64,000 nt of DNA from Bdellovibrionota bacterium. Its GTDB lineage: Bacteria > Bdellovibrionota_G > JALEGL01 > DATDPG01. Within the stretch, counting starts at the first letter, position 1, and each line of letters starts with the position of its first letter. The notes beneath the pieces were generated by a model, which searched no databases, was not told the origin of the DNA, and was given only the letters and a program-made list of their open reading frames with translations. The translations under genes and the position numbers were made by a program. This document shows positions 49,015 to 59,184 of the stretch, piece by piece. Location: positions 1,920,001 to 1,984,000 of the forward strand of contig OY764265.1 in NCBI GenBank assembly GCA_963668355.1, written 5' to 3'.

Positions 49015-49590
49015 ATGCCGGAAAAACTTCCGCCTTCGGGAATGGCAGAGGATGTCTTGGGAAACCGTTCAGGCAAAGAATCTGGTCTAGAAAAAAGTCT
49101 ATTGGAATTTGTGGACCGTCTTAGGGAGTCTGAAGAAAAGAACCTCTCGGAAGAAGCTGTCTCAGAACTTCACTTGGTCACCTTTTTGTTGGGCCAGGAA
49201 GAATATGGAGTGTCTATTCAGCAAGTTGTGGAGATTATTCGTGTGTCAAGCATTACGAGAGTTCCCGGTTCTCCACCAAATGTTCGGGGTGTGACCAACC
49301 TGCGGGGTCGGATCGTTCCTATTTTTGAAATTGGTCCGCAATTTGGAGGAGAGAAAGTTAATCTTCGGGATGCCACCCGAATTCTTTTGGTTGAAATTGA
49401 AAAAAGACTTGTTGGTTTGATCGTGAATGAGGTTCGACAGGTTGTGAAAATACCTACTTCTTCGGTTTCTCCTCCCCCTTCTGACGTTGTTGGAAAGGGG
49501 AGCGAATACATCGTTGGGGTAGCGAAGCAAGAAGAAAAGTTAGTCATTCTTCTGGACCTTGACAAGCTCCTTCTCGGAGGTGGTGCGTGA
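49015..49590 (+). CDS. cheW: CheW
   Basis: VTFLLGQEEYG, GVTNLRGRIVPI. Confidence 0.93.
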   Translation: MPEKLPPSGMAEDVLGNRSGKESGLEKSLLEFVDRLRESEEKNLSEEAVSELHLVTFLLGQEEYGVSIQQVVEIIRVSSITRVPGSPPNVRGVTNLRGRIVPIFEIGPQFGGEKVNLRDATRILLVEIEKRLVGLIVNEVRQVVKIPTSSVSPPPSDVVGKGSEYIVGVAKQEEKLVILLDLDKLLLGGGA

Positions 49591-51647
49591 ATGAAAGTCT
49601 GAAGGTGTCTCCTCAAACACGACTTAAGCAGCTATCTGAGACCCTGGCCCCATTGGATTCGAATTCCGAGGTTGATCGGAAAAAAGCAGAAAAAATCATC
49701 GTGATTTCCATGAATGATGAAACGACTTTGGTGCGTGAGGCGGCCATTGCTTATGCTTCACAATTTCTGGAGCCGGAATTTTTGGGGAAGTTAATGGCGG
49801 ATGACGAAAACGCCACACTTCGAAATGCTGCTCTTGAAGCCATTGAAAGACAGGGGCTCTACGCGCTTCCCTATCTTGCAGAGTTGACGAAAGATTCAAA
49901 TGCGGAGTTGGCACTTTTCGCGACGCAAATCATCGGACGTTTGAAAGAGCCTTCTTCTGTGAAGATTTTATTGCCTCTTCTCGAGCACCCGGATCCAAAT
50001 ATTGTTCAGACATCTGTGGAAGCTCTGGGTCAGCTCCACGTCCGGGAGGCGGTTCCCTCCATTGTGCGTTTGTTAAAAGCAGATATGTGGATTCAATTTG
50101 CTGCCGTTCAGGCTTTGGGCAACATTGAAGATGAACGTGCCGTCGAGCCACTTTTGGAATTAAGCGAAAACGAGATACTGATGGAGGCGGCCATTGAGGC
50201 GTTGGGAAAGATCGCCTCACCTTCATGCTTGAAGCCGCTATTGGACCTTTTCTTTCAGTTTGATCGTGTTTCCTTGAGAGATCGAGTGCTTTTGACATTG
50301 GCTTCAGTTGCGGAGAGACATTCACAGGCCAATTACATTTCAGACCTTTTTTCAACCCAGTCTCTTTCAGATTCTCAAAGAGATTCGCTGTTTGATTTTC
50401 TTAGGGCTGTGATTTCCGGACCCGAGCATCGAATGAATCCGAAGGTCGTTTTAGTGAACCCCGTCGATGATCGGACGTTGCTCAGAGGTTTTGGTCCCTT
50501 ACTCCGAGCGGCAGTAACGTTGATCTTTTCGGGAAGAGTCGAAGAATTGTATTCCGAAGTGTTGAAGAAGACTTCGGATCCGCATTGCCTAAAATGGGTG
50601 GTGCAGGTGAGCCAACGGTTTCCCGGTTGTCTAAATTCAGCCTTTCAGTCTTTAGAGAACCATAAAGACGAAGACGTTCGATGTGGCTTGTTATTGGTAG
50701 GGGACCCCACGTTGATTTCGAAGTCCCTTTTGATGCGTGCTTTGCGGGATCCGAGTCCAAAGGTTCGCACTGCGGCTTATGCTACTGTGGGCCGTGCGAA
50801 GTTATCCGAAGCAGTCCCTTTATTAATGGAAAAACTTAAAACTGGGAGTGATAAAGAGTTGGACTCGATTGTGGCTGCCCTAAGCCAAATGCCTGAGGAG
50901 GGTCTGAGGCCCCTAGTAGACTCATTGGATTTTTCGTTGAGTTCTGAAGACATCATTCGCATTTTGAAGGTCTTGTGTCGCGCCAAAATATCGTCGATGG
51001 ACGAAAAACTTCTTCCCTTCGTCGAGGTGGAAAACCCTTTGGTTCGGCGTTTGGCCTTGGAAAGTCTTGCGCACTCCAATCGAGAAGAGGTCGATTGGGC
51101 CATTATTTCGAAGTTGGATGATCCCGATGAGCGAATTCGAAATGAGGCTGTAGAGTTGTTGGTCCAAAGAAAATGTAAAAAGGCGATTCCCGCGTTCTTA
51201 GCGATTCTGGAAAAGGATGAGCCCTTGCGATACCATGTGATTCGAGCACTGGGCAGGTTCAAAGCGTCTGAAGCGGTGAATCCTTTGCAACAGCTTTATT
51301 CAGAAGCGGCTACCCACGAGCGTATTGAAATCATCATGGCATTGGTCCATATCGGGGATGCCTCTTCCATTGGGTTTTTAAAAGAGCGTGTGCACGAATC
51401 AGATCGCGAAATCCGAAGGGCTTCGGTTTATGGCTTGGCGCGAATGATTTCTAAGGAAGAAGATCAAATTTTGCTCCAATTTTTAAGTGATGAAGATTGG
51501 TATATTCGAAATGAAGTGGCTTGGGGGTTGGGACGCCTTGGAAATGAGAAGAATAGATCCATGATTTTGTCTTTGCTTCGAGACTCTGAGGAAATTGTCT
51601 CGCGAACGGCCCGAGAGGCTGTTGAAAAAATGGGAGGAAGTGGATAG
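49587..51647 (+). CDS. HEAT/PBS-lyase repeat protein in the che operon
   Basis: Many VR..A..AL(G) repeats. Confidence 0.9.
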   Translation: MNESLKVSPQTRLKQLSETLAPLDSNSEVDRKKAEKIIVISMNDETTLVREAAIAYASQFLEPEFLGKLMADDENATLRNAALEAIERQGLYALPYLAELTKDSNAELALFATQIIGRLKEPSSVKILLPLLEHPDPNIVQTSVEALGQLHVREAVPSIVRLLKADMWIQFAAVQALGNIEDERAVEPLLELSENEILMEAAIEALGKIASPSCLKPLLDLFFQFDRVSLRDRVLLTLASVAERHSQANYISDLFSTQSLSDSQRDSLFDFLRAVISGPEHRMNPKVVLVNPVDDRTLLRGFGPLLRAAVTLIFSGRVEELYSEVLKKTSDPHCLKWVVQVSQRFPGCLNSAFQSLENHKDEDVRCGLLLVGDPTLISKSLLMRALRDPSPKVRTAAYATVGRAKLSEAVPLLMEKLKTGSDKELDSIVAALSQMPEEGLRPLVDSLDFSLSSEDIIRILKVLCRAKISSMDEKLLPFVEVENPLVRRLALESLAHSNREEVDWAIISKLDDPDERIRNEAVELLVQRKCKKAIPAFLAILEKDEPLRYHVIRALGRFKASEAVNPLQQLYSEAATHERIEIIMALVHIGDASSIGFLKERVHESDREIRRASVYGLARMISKEEDQILLQFLSDEDWYIRNEVAWGLGRLGNEKNRSMILSLLRDSEEIVSRTAREAVEKMGGSG

Positions 51648-51652
51648 CCCCC

Positions 51653-52495
51653 ATGATGAATCCGAAACTCACCGATTCAGAATGGAAGCTTCTTTCTGAT
51701 CTATTTGAAGAGAAGTATGGACTTCGTTTTGATGGGGGACGAAAACAAATATTGGAATCCAGACTCCAATCTCGATTGGTAGACCTTCATCTACAAACAT
51801 TTTCGGACTACTACCACTATCTCGTTACTCATCCGAAAAGGATGGAGGAAGATCGGGAGCTGAAAGTCAGGCTGACGAATAATGAGACCTACTTTTTGAG
51901 AGAGGCCTACCAATTTGAATTACTGGTGAATCGTATTCTTCCTTCTTTGAAACAGAAGCTCCAGTATAGACCTTTGAGAATTTTGTCTGCGGCGTGTTCT
52001 TCGGGGGAGGAAGTTTATTCTTTGTCCATAAAACTCAATCACTCTGCCGAGGCTCGTTCGGGCATGCTCTGGAGAATCGATGCCTGCGACATTGATCCGG
52101 AAGTTTTGGGCCGTGCGAAAGAAGGTTGTTTTCTCGACCGTTCTTTTCGTGGATGTCCTCCAGCTTTTCGTCGCATGTATTTCGAGAAAGAAAATGAAGC
52201 CTTTTATATAAAAAAAATCTACAAGAAGAACGTACAGTTCATTTCGGCCAATCTATTGGACTTAAAAGAGGGGGGCTTGTTTGGTCCATATGATATTGTC
52301 TTTTGCCGCAACGCTCTCATTTACTTTAGCGATCATGCGTTTCACTCAGCGATATCAAATCTCAATGAATTGATGAGTATGGGGGGATACTTATTTCTGG
52401 GGCACTCTGAATCATTAATTCAAAAACGAACGGATTTTGTCCCCATTTCGTTTAGAGAGAGCGTGATTTATCAGAAAGTAGAAGAGCAAGAATGA
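51653..52495 (+). CDS. cheR: CheR methyltransferase
   Basis: NETYFLRE, SAACSSGEEVYS, FCRNALIYF, LGHSES. Confidence 0.95.
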   Translation: MMNPKLTDSEWKLLSDLFEEKYGLRFDGGRKQILESRLQSRLVDLHLQTFSDYYHYLVTHPKRMEEDRELKVRLTNNETYFLREAYQFELLVNRILPSLKQKLQYRPLRILSAACSSGEEVYSLSIKLNHSAEARSGMLWRIDACDIDPEVLGRAKEGCFLDRSFRGCPPAFRRMYFEKENEAFYIKKIYKKNVQFISANLLDLKEGGLFGPYDIVFCRNALIYFSDHAFHSAISNLNELMSMGGYLFLGHSESLIQKRTDFVPISFRESVIYQKVEEQE

Positions 52496-53535
52496 CTCGG
52501 GTGCTGGTCGTGGACCAATCGTCATTCTTCCGCAAAGCGTTGGTGCATGTGCTGCAATCTTCTCCCGATATACACGTGGTGGGGGAGGCGAATAAGGCTT
52601 CATGTATCCTTGACCTCGTGGAAAAGCAGAGGCCCGATGTGATGACCTTGGACGTCGATTTTTCAGACGGAGAAGCGTTTACCGTTTTGGGAAAATTACA
52701 CGCAACCTCTCCCAAATTGCCTGTCATTGTCCTCTCAACGTTAAACCAAAATCAAAAACACGAACTCTTCGAGTTCATGGCTTCTGGTATGGTGGACTTT
52801 GTTGATAAATCCAAATTCAATTTGATGGATTTTGACCGCTTGTCTAGAGAGCTCATCGAGCGAATCTATAAATGGAATAAAAGTCTCGAACAAAGCTCTT
52901 TAAGGGGAGATCTCTCGCCAAGAACAAAAGTGTGGAGAAAAATGATGACGCAATCGGGTCCGTTGCCGCATCTGGATTGGAGCCAATATGACCTTTGCAT
53001 CATTGGTGCTTCCACTGGAGGACCCACAGCTCTTCATTTTATTTTTGAACACATCAAGGCCGACTTTCCACTCCCCCTGCTTTTGGTTCAACATATCCCT
53101 AGCGGATTTTCCCGGACCTTCTCAGACCGTTTAAATCGGGCAGGTTCCCTTTGCGTAAAAGAGGCCAAAAATGGAACTCGATTGGCACCTGGGACGGCTT
53201 TATTGATTCCTTCGGGAATGCATGCGCATGTGACTCCGTCATTAGGGGTGATTCTTTTTACGGAGAAACTGGGAAAATTTCATGTGCCCAGCGTGGATGT
53301 TGTTATGCAGTCGGCAGCAGCCTCATTGGGCAAGCGGGTTTTGGGTGTTCTCCTCACCGGTATGGGGTCAGACGGAGCCGACGGAATGGTCTCCATTCTT
53401 CAAGCGGGAGGAATGACGCTTGCAGAAAGCGAAGAATCTTGTCTGATTTATGGAATGCCCAGGGCGGCCCACATAAAGGGCGGCGTTCGACATATGTTGT
53501 CCCTTCCCGACATCGCCAAGCTTTTTAGGAAGTAG
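52492..53535 (+). CDS. cheB: CheB methylesterase with receiver domain
   Basis: GASTGGP, VQH, PSVD, LTGMGSDG, YGMP. Confidence 0.95.
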   Translation: MTRVLVVDQSSFFRKALVHVLQSSPDIHVVGEANKASCILDLVEKQRPDVMTLDVDFSDGEAFTVLGKLHATSPKLPVIVLSTLNQNQKHELFEFMASGMVDFVDKSKFNLMDFDRLSRELIERIYKWNKSLEQSSLRGDLSPRTKVWRKMMTQSGPLPHLDWSQYDLCIIGASTGGPTALHFIFEHIKADFPLPLLLVQHIPSGFSRTFSDRLNRAGSLCVKEAKNGTRLAPGTALLIPSGMHAHVTPSLGVILFTEKLGKFHVPSVDVVMQSAAASLGKRVLGVLLTGMGSDGADGMVSILQAGGMTLAESEESCLIYGMPRAAHIKGGVRHMLSLPDIAKLFRK

Positions 53536-53574
53536 CTCTTTCAAAAGAAAATGAAATCGGGCAAGCTGCTTTTC

Positions 53575-54687
53575 ATGAAAGGTCGATGCAATCGGTTTCT
53601 TGGGGTCTTTTTCTTCTTATCTACTTTTTCCTGGGGAAGTACTTCTTATGGCTTGTTGCAGCATCCTTCCTTGTCCGGGGTGGCAGAGAAAGCTGTAAAG
53701 AGCGTCGTAAATATTTCTTCCGTGAGGGTTGTTCGGTATCGGCAGTCGCCCTTATTTGAGGATCCTTTTTTTCAGTATTTTTTTGGAAAGAATGGAATCA
53801 GCCCCTTCGGTGTTCCGCGGGAAAGGCGGCAGCGAAGTTTGGGTTCCGGTGTCATTGTCAGTCGGGATGGCTATGTGTTGACCAATAATCACGTGGTGGA
53901 AAATGCTTCCGAGGTTTCGGTTTTATTAAGTGACCAAGTCGAAGTTAAAGCCAAGATCATTGGAACCGATCCCCCGACCGATTTAGCTTTATTGAAAATT
54001 CCTCTTCCAAAAAAACACAAGCCTTTGCCGATGGGAGACTCAAACACCTTGCGATTGGCGGAGTCAGTTTTGGCTATTGGGAGTCCCTTTGGTTTTGGAG
54101 GTACGGTGACCCAAGGCATCGTCAGCGCTAAAGGACGGGCCAATATTGGAATCGCGGATTATGAAGATTTTATTCAAACCGATGCGGCCATCAATCCGGG
54201 AAACTCTGGTGGAGCTTTGGTCAATACCAAAGGCCAATTGGTTGGAATCAATACAGCCATTTATTCCAGAAGCGGAGGTTACCAGGGAATCGGATTTGCC
54301 ATTCCAATCAATATGGCCAGTTCGGTCATGAAGCGTTTGATTGAGGACGGAAAGGTCGAACGAGGGTGGCTTGGGATGACCTATCAGGATGTTACGCCTG
54401 ATATCGCGCGGAGCTTCGGTCTAAAACAGGCAAGGGGTGTGATTGTGAATGCAATTTTTAGAGACGGTTCTGCGGATCAAGCGGGTCTTAAACCTGGGGA
54501 TTTGATTCGACAGTTCAATGGGGTCGACGTTCGACACTCGGGACATTTTGATAAATTGCTTTCGGATATTCCCAACGGAAAGATGGTTCAACTCAATATC
54601 CGCCGGGAACGTCAAGCCCTGACGCTCAAGGCAAAAGTGGAGCCCCTCCCCGAGCACTCGAGAGATTTGCGGCATCGCAGAAGATAG
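53575..54687 (+). CDS. HtrA/DegP-family serine protease with PDZ domain
   Basis: GSGVI, TNNHVV, QTDAAINPGNSGGAL, GIGFAIP. Confidence 0.95.
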   Translation: MKGRCNRFLGVFFFLSTFSWGSTSYGLLQHPSLSGVAEKAVKSVVNISSVRVVRYRQSPLFEDPFFQYFFGKNGISPFGVPRERRQRSLGSGVIVSRDGYVLTNNHVVENASEVSVLLSDQVEVKAKIIGTDPPTDLALLKIPLPKKHKPLPMGDSNTLRLAESVLAIGSPFGFGGTVTQGIVSAKGRANIGIADYEDFIQTDAAINPGNSGGALVNTKGQLVGINTAIYSRSGGYQGIGFAIPINMASSVMKRLIEDGKVERGWLGMTYQDVTPDIARSFGLKQARGVIVNAIFRDGSADQAGLKPGDLIRQFNGVDVRHSGHFDKLLSDIPNGKMVQLNIRRERQALTLKAKVEPLPEHSRDLRHRRR

Positions 54688-54693
54688 TTTGAA

Positions 54694-55131
54694 CTAAACT
54701 TCCAAAATGAGCGTAACGGGGCCCTCGTTTTCGATGGAGACCCGCATGTCGGCTTGAAAAATGCCGCCTTGCGTTTTGATTCCCTGTGTTTGACTCTGTT
54801 TGAGGGCTCTTTGAAAGAAATCTTTCGCAAGAGCTGGAGGAGCGGCTCGGTCAAAGGAAGGGCGGTGGCCTTTTCGACAATTCCCAAGGAGGGTGAACTG
54901 GGGAACAATTAAGTGTTCCCCGTCAATGTCTTGAAGAGACAAATTCATTTTTCCTTGGGCATCCGGAAAAATTCGTAAGGATATGATTTTATTTATGGTT
55001 TTTTCGAGATCGGCAAGGGTATCTTCCTTTTCTACTCCCAAAAACGTCAAAATTCCCCTTTGAATATGGGCCTCGGTTTTCCCCTTCACGGTTACGGAAC
55101 TTTCCAGCACTCTTTGGATAACGGCTTTCAT
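54694..55131 (-). CDS. dtd: D-aminoacyl-tRNA deacylase
   Basis: MKAVIQRV, QFTL, NEGPVT. Confidence 0.95.
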   Translation of the reverse strand: MKAVIQRVLESSVTVKGKTEAHIQRGILTFLGVEKEDTLADLEKTINKIISLRIFPDAQGKMNLSLQDIDGEHLIVPQFTLLGNCRKGHRPSFDRAAPPALAKDFFQRALKQSQTQGIKTQGGIFQADMRVSIENEGPVTLILEV

Positions 55132-55262
55132 GAACGGAACAGGTAAAAGAAAAATTAAAAATTCTCAAATATTGTTTTCAAGAAAGACTAAGAACTGGCA
55201 CGTTTTTGGGTTTTGGGATTTAATTCTCGTAAAAGATTTTTAGGATTGTAGGAGCATTGAAA

Positions 55263-55484
55263 ATGGCAAGAGTAATGGAAAAACCTGTGGTGACACGAAA
55301 AACAACAACCCGTACGACGAAACGAACAACCAAAAAAGCCCAAAAAAGACTTTCTGCCGAAGAGCGATATCAAATGATCGCCGAAGCGGCCTATTTTATT
55401 GCTGAGAGGCGTGGATTCCAGCCGGGTGACCCAAAAGAAGACTGGTTGGAAGCCGAAAAAGAAATCAGCCAAACGTATTGTTAA
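55263..55484 (+). CDS. DUF2934-type small protein with basic Thr/Lys/Arg-rich N-terminus
   Basis: IAEAAYFIAERRG...DWLEAEKEI. Confidence 0.8.
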   Translation: MARVMEKPVVTRKTTTRTTKRTTKKAQKRLSAEERYQMIAEAAYFIAERRGFQPGDPKEDWLEAEKEISQTYC

Positions 55485-55606
55485 GGGGTTTTGACGCTTT
55501 TATGGCTTGATGGGCTCCTTGCTGGAGCCTGAAATCGTGTGCAAGGACTGGAAAGGAACGCCCAAATGGATTTGATCAATCGATCTTTCTGGGCAAAAGG
55601 GGAGCT

Positions 55607-57736
55607 ATGCCTGAAACGCATGTGAAAGAAATTCTTTCTGAATTGGGACAGAATCTTCGTTGGATTTGGAATGGAGAATTCGACGCACTTTTCCGAGAGA
55701 TCGATAAGTATCTCTGGAGCCATGTAAATCACAATCCGACTCGTTTCTTGCAGGAAGTTGACGATGAAAAAATCAATGCGAAGGTTCGAGACGAGCATTA
55801 CCGGGTTCGTCTGGAGCGAGCTCGGATGTCATTGCGATCCTATTTGAAGGGTGAACGGCATTGGGGAAATTACAACGCACCGGGTCTTTCTTCGCAAACG
55901 GTTGCATACTTCTCCGCTGAGTTTGGATTGCATGAATCTCTTCCGATTTACTCTGGGGGCTTGGGCGTTCTGGCTGGTGATCACCTGAAAAGCAGCTCAG
56001 ACTTAGGTTTGCCTTTGTGGGGCGTGTCCATTCTTTATCGGGAAGGGTATTTCTTCCAACACTTTGATGCAAAGGGCAATCAGACGGAAGAATATACGGA
56101 GTTGGATCTGTCTAAGTTCCCCATTGAACGCCTGCTGGATAAAGAGGGAAAAGGCGTCACACTCGAGGTCCACTTGGGGCCGAGTGCGTTGTCCATTGAA
56201 CTTTGGCGTTTGCGCGTGGGACGGGCTCATCTTTTATTGTTGGATGGTTATGGAGGACCTTCTCCAGATGATCGCTATGCATTCACGCGTAGATTGTATG
56301 GAGGGGATCTTACGACGCGTCTCTGCCAGGAACTCATTCTTGGAGTCGGTGGCTATCGCGCGTTAAGGAAAATTGGCGTGAGGCCGGGTGTGATTCACAT
56401 GAACGAGGGACATTCCGCTTTTGCTGTTCTGGCTGCGATTGCCGAACGAATGAAGGAAGAGGGACTTTCCTTTGAAGAAGCTGCAGAGCGTGTTCGAGGA
56501 CGTACCGTTTTTACGACTCATACGCCGGTGGAAGCCGGGCATGACCGTTTTCCTCCAGAGCTGATCAAACAGTATTTGACTCCCCTTCGAGAAGAGTTGG
56601 GCTTGTCTGAAGATCAGTTCCTCAGTCTTGGAAGGACGAATCCCTCAAGTTCACAGGAGCCGTTTTGCATGACCGTTTTGGCGTTGAAAATGGCGCAGAT
56701 GTCCAATGGTGTCAGTGCATTGCATGGGAAGGTAAGTCGAAAAATGTGGCAATCGCTTTGGCCCAATCGCACAGTAGATCGAGTTCCCATTGGTCATGTA
56801 ACCAACGGCGTTCATGTGCCGAGTTGGATTGCCCCTCAGATGGCAAAATTCCTGGATCGAAAATTGGGTACGGAATGGTTGGATCATTTGTGTCGAGTTC
56901 AAATGTGGGAGGAATTGCTCAACATCGATCCCTTCGAGTTATGGGACGTGAAGTGTAGCATGAAAAATAAGCTACTCTCTTTTGCCGAGAAGAGAATTCG
57001 TCGAAGGAATGAGCGTTTAGGTTCAGAAGCCCAACCGGCGGAGTTAAACCAAAATGCACTCACCATCGGTTTTGCTCGTAGAATGGTGGCGTATAAGCGG
57101 GCCTCTTTAATCTTTCGAGATTTGGATCGGTTGGCTCGACTTGCCTCTGTGCCAGGCAAACCCATCCAATTTATCTTTGCGGGCAAGGCCCATCCCCACG
57201 ATGAAATTGGTAAAGGAGTTTTGAGAGAGCTGTATGCTTACACTCAAGATGAACGTTTTCGGGGAAAAGTTTTTCTCCTCGAAAATTATGACATGAATGT
57301 GGCTCGTCACCTGGTTCAAGGGTGTGACCTTTGGCTCAATAATCCCCGACGTCCTTTGGAGGCTTGCGGAACGAGTGGGCAAAAAGCGGTGTTTAATGCC
57401 ACACTGAACTTTGCTGTTTTGGATGGTTGGTGGGCGGAGGCCTGGGATCGTCAAAATGGATATGCTTTTGGTGACGGCTTGACTCACACCGACCTAGAAA
57501 AACAAGATGAACGAGATGGCCGGACGCTGCTGGATGTCTTGGAATATGAAGTGATTCCTGACTATTTCACGCGATCTCAGGAAGGCGTTCCCTTGAAATG
57601 GGTAGAAAGAATCCTTCGGGCATTCGCTACGTTAGGGGCTCGTTACAATTCAGATCGAATGGTGATGGACTATACGCGTCACTGTTATCTAGCGACAGCC
57701 GGGACCGTTACTTCGGACTTTCCCTTAGGGGAGTGA
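55607..57736 (+). CDS. glgP: Alpha-glucan phosphorylase (GT35)
   Basis: YSGGLGVLAGDHLKS, HMNEGH, GFARR, EACGTSGQK. Confidence 0.95.
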   Translation: MPETHVKEILSELGQNLRWIWNGEFDALFREIDKYLWSHVNHNPTRFLQEVDDEKINAKVRDEHYRVRLERARMSLRSYLKGERHWGNYNAPGLSSQTVAYFSAEFGLHESLPIYSGGLGVLAGDHLKSSSDLGLPLWGVSILYREGYFFQHFDAKGNQTEEYTELDLSKFPIERLLDKEGKGVTLEVHLGPSALSIELWRLRVGRAHLLLLDGYGGPSPDDRYAFTRRLYGGDLTTRLCQELILGVGGYRALRKIGVRPGVIHMNEGHSAFAVLAAIAERMKEEGLSFEEAAERVRGRTVFTTHTPVEAGHDRFPPELIKQYLTPLREELGLSEDQFLSLGRTNPSSSQEPFCMTVLALKMAQMSNGVSALHGKVSRKMWQSLWPNRTVDRVPIGHVTNGVHVPSWIAPQMAKFLDRKLGTEWLDHLCRVQMWEELLNIDPFELWDVKCSMKNKLLSFAEKRIRRRNERLGSEAQPAELNQNALTIGFARRMVAYKRASLIFRDLDRLARLASVPGKPIQFIFAGKAHPHDEIGKGVLRELYAYTQDERFRGKVFLLENYDMNVARHLVQGCDLWLNNPRRPLEACGTSGQKAVFNATLNFAVLDGWWAEAWDRQNGYAFGDGLTHTDLEKQDERDGRTLLDVLEYEVIPDYFTRSQEGVPLKWVERILRAFATLGARYNSDRMVMDYTRHCYLATAGTVTSDFPLGE

Positions 57737-59184
57737 GTCACCTCCAGTCCGTAAAGCTTTTCATAGGATTGAGCGGCTCGATCCCAGGAGAAGTTGGTAT
57801 TCATGGCTCGTTTTTGCATCGCTTGCCATTGCTTGGGACTGTCTTTCATATAATGCAGCGCAGTTTGGACCGCATCTCGTATCTGTTCCGGATCTAAAGG
57901 AGCGAAATGGAACCCCGTTCCTTCTTCTGGGTTATTGAGAACATCAATGACCGTATCTTTGAGTCCACCGGTTTGGTGCACGATGGGGATGGCACCATAT
58001 TTCATGGCGTGCATTTGCACCAGGCCGCAAGGTTCGAACCGTGAGGGTAAGAGAACCAGATCACTTCCAGCCATTAAGAGGTGAGAAAGAGCCTCGTTGA
58101 ACCCGATATATACACCCACTCGATTGGGTAAGTGTTCCTGCAAACTCTTTAGACGGGAAGCCAATTCAGAATCTCCATCTCCAATGATGCAGAAATCTAC
58201 GCCCATCGTCACGAGAGGTAGGGCCGATTCAATGAAGACATCCATTCCTTTTTGATGGGCCAAACGTCCCACAATTCCCAAAATCGGTCGTTGAGCGGCG
58301 GGCATTCCAAAGGCTTCTCGAAGGTGCTTCCGTGCACTTTTTCGGGCTTGAAGATAGGTGTTTTTGGTAAAGTTTTTTGGAAGGTAGGGATCCGTTTGAG
58401 GGTTCCATTCTTCGTAATCCGCTCCGTTTAAGATCCCGATCAGTTTGTGCTTTTGTGAGTTCAACAAGCCTTCCAAACCAAAGCCAAATTCTGGCGTGCA
58501 GATGTTTTCGGCCGTGGAGGGGCTAACAGTGGTGATGTGATCGGAGTATAAAATTCCCGCCTTCATGAAATTGAGGTCTCCGTAGAATTCAATTCCTTCT
58601 GGTGTGAACAATTCCTGCTCTTTTTCAGGGCTTAACGAGAGCCATTGTAGATCGAAACTTCCAAACCTCCCTTGGTAAGCCAAGTTATGGATGCTGAACA
58701 CCGTGAGGGGTTGGGCTGACCATTGGTAGGCATGTCGAACGAAGAGTGGAATCAGCGCGGCTGGCCAGTCATGACTGTGAATCACTTGAGGCGGACGTTC
58801 GGTGTGTTGGGCGTATTCGCAGATGGCCCGACAAAACAGAGAGTATCGCTTTGCGTTGTCTGGGAATTCTCCTCCCAAAGGTCCATAAATGCCATCTCGA
58901 TCGAAGAATTCATCACAAATAACCAATGTCGTTCGCTCGCCGGATTTTTCCGTTCGAGTTAAAAATCGAACGGGCACTCTTTCATTTCCCAAAGGAATCT
59001 TGAGGCTCACCCCTTCATCTTCAAATCGATCCCGAGGAATCATTTGGTATCCAGGCATGAATCTGCGTACAGAGTGGCCTCTTCCAGCCAAGGCTTTTGG
59101 AAGAGCTCGTAACACATCTCCCAAACCTCCCGTATGAGCCAGAGGAGCAATTTCAGCTGACGCCATCCAAATTTCAGTAGCCAT
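57685..59184 (-). CDS. glgA: Glycogen synthase (GT5)
   Basis: TGGLGDV, HSHDW, IHNLAYQG, GRLAHQKG, PSRFEPCGL. Confidence 0.93.
   Translation of the reverse strand: MATEIWMASAEIAPLAHTGGLGDVLRALPKALAGRGHSVRRFMPGYQMIPRDRFEDEGVSLKIPLGNERVPVRFLTRTEKSGERTTLVICDEFFDRDGIYGPLGGEFPDNAKRYSLFCRAICEYAQHTERPPQVIHSHDWPAALIPLFVRHAYQWSAQPLTVFSIHNLAYQGRFGSFDLQWLSLSPEKEQELFTPEGIEFYGDLNFMKAGILYSDHITTVSPSTAENICTPEFGFGLEGLLNSQKHKLIGILNGADYEEWNPQTDPYLPKNFTKNTYLQARKSARKHLREAFGMPAAQRPILGIVGRLAHQKGMDVFIESALPLVTMGVDFCIIGDGDSELASRLKSLQEHLPNRVGVYIGFNEALSHLLMAGSDLVLLPSRFEPCGLVQMHAMKYGAIPIVHQTGGLKDTVIDVLNNPEEGTGFHFAPLDPEQIRDAVQTALHYMKDSPKQWQAMQKRAMNTNFSWDRAAQSYEKLYGLEVTHSPKGKSEVTVPAVAR

Noticed and set aside
55196..55211. 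Sigma54 promoter before the DUF2934 gene
   Set aside because: Perfect TGGCACG but the -12 position reads GG rather than GC
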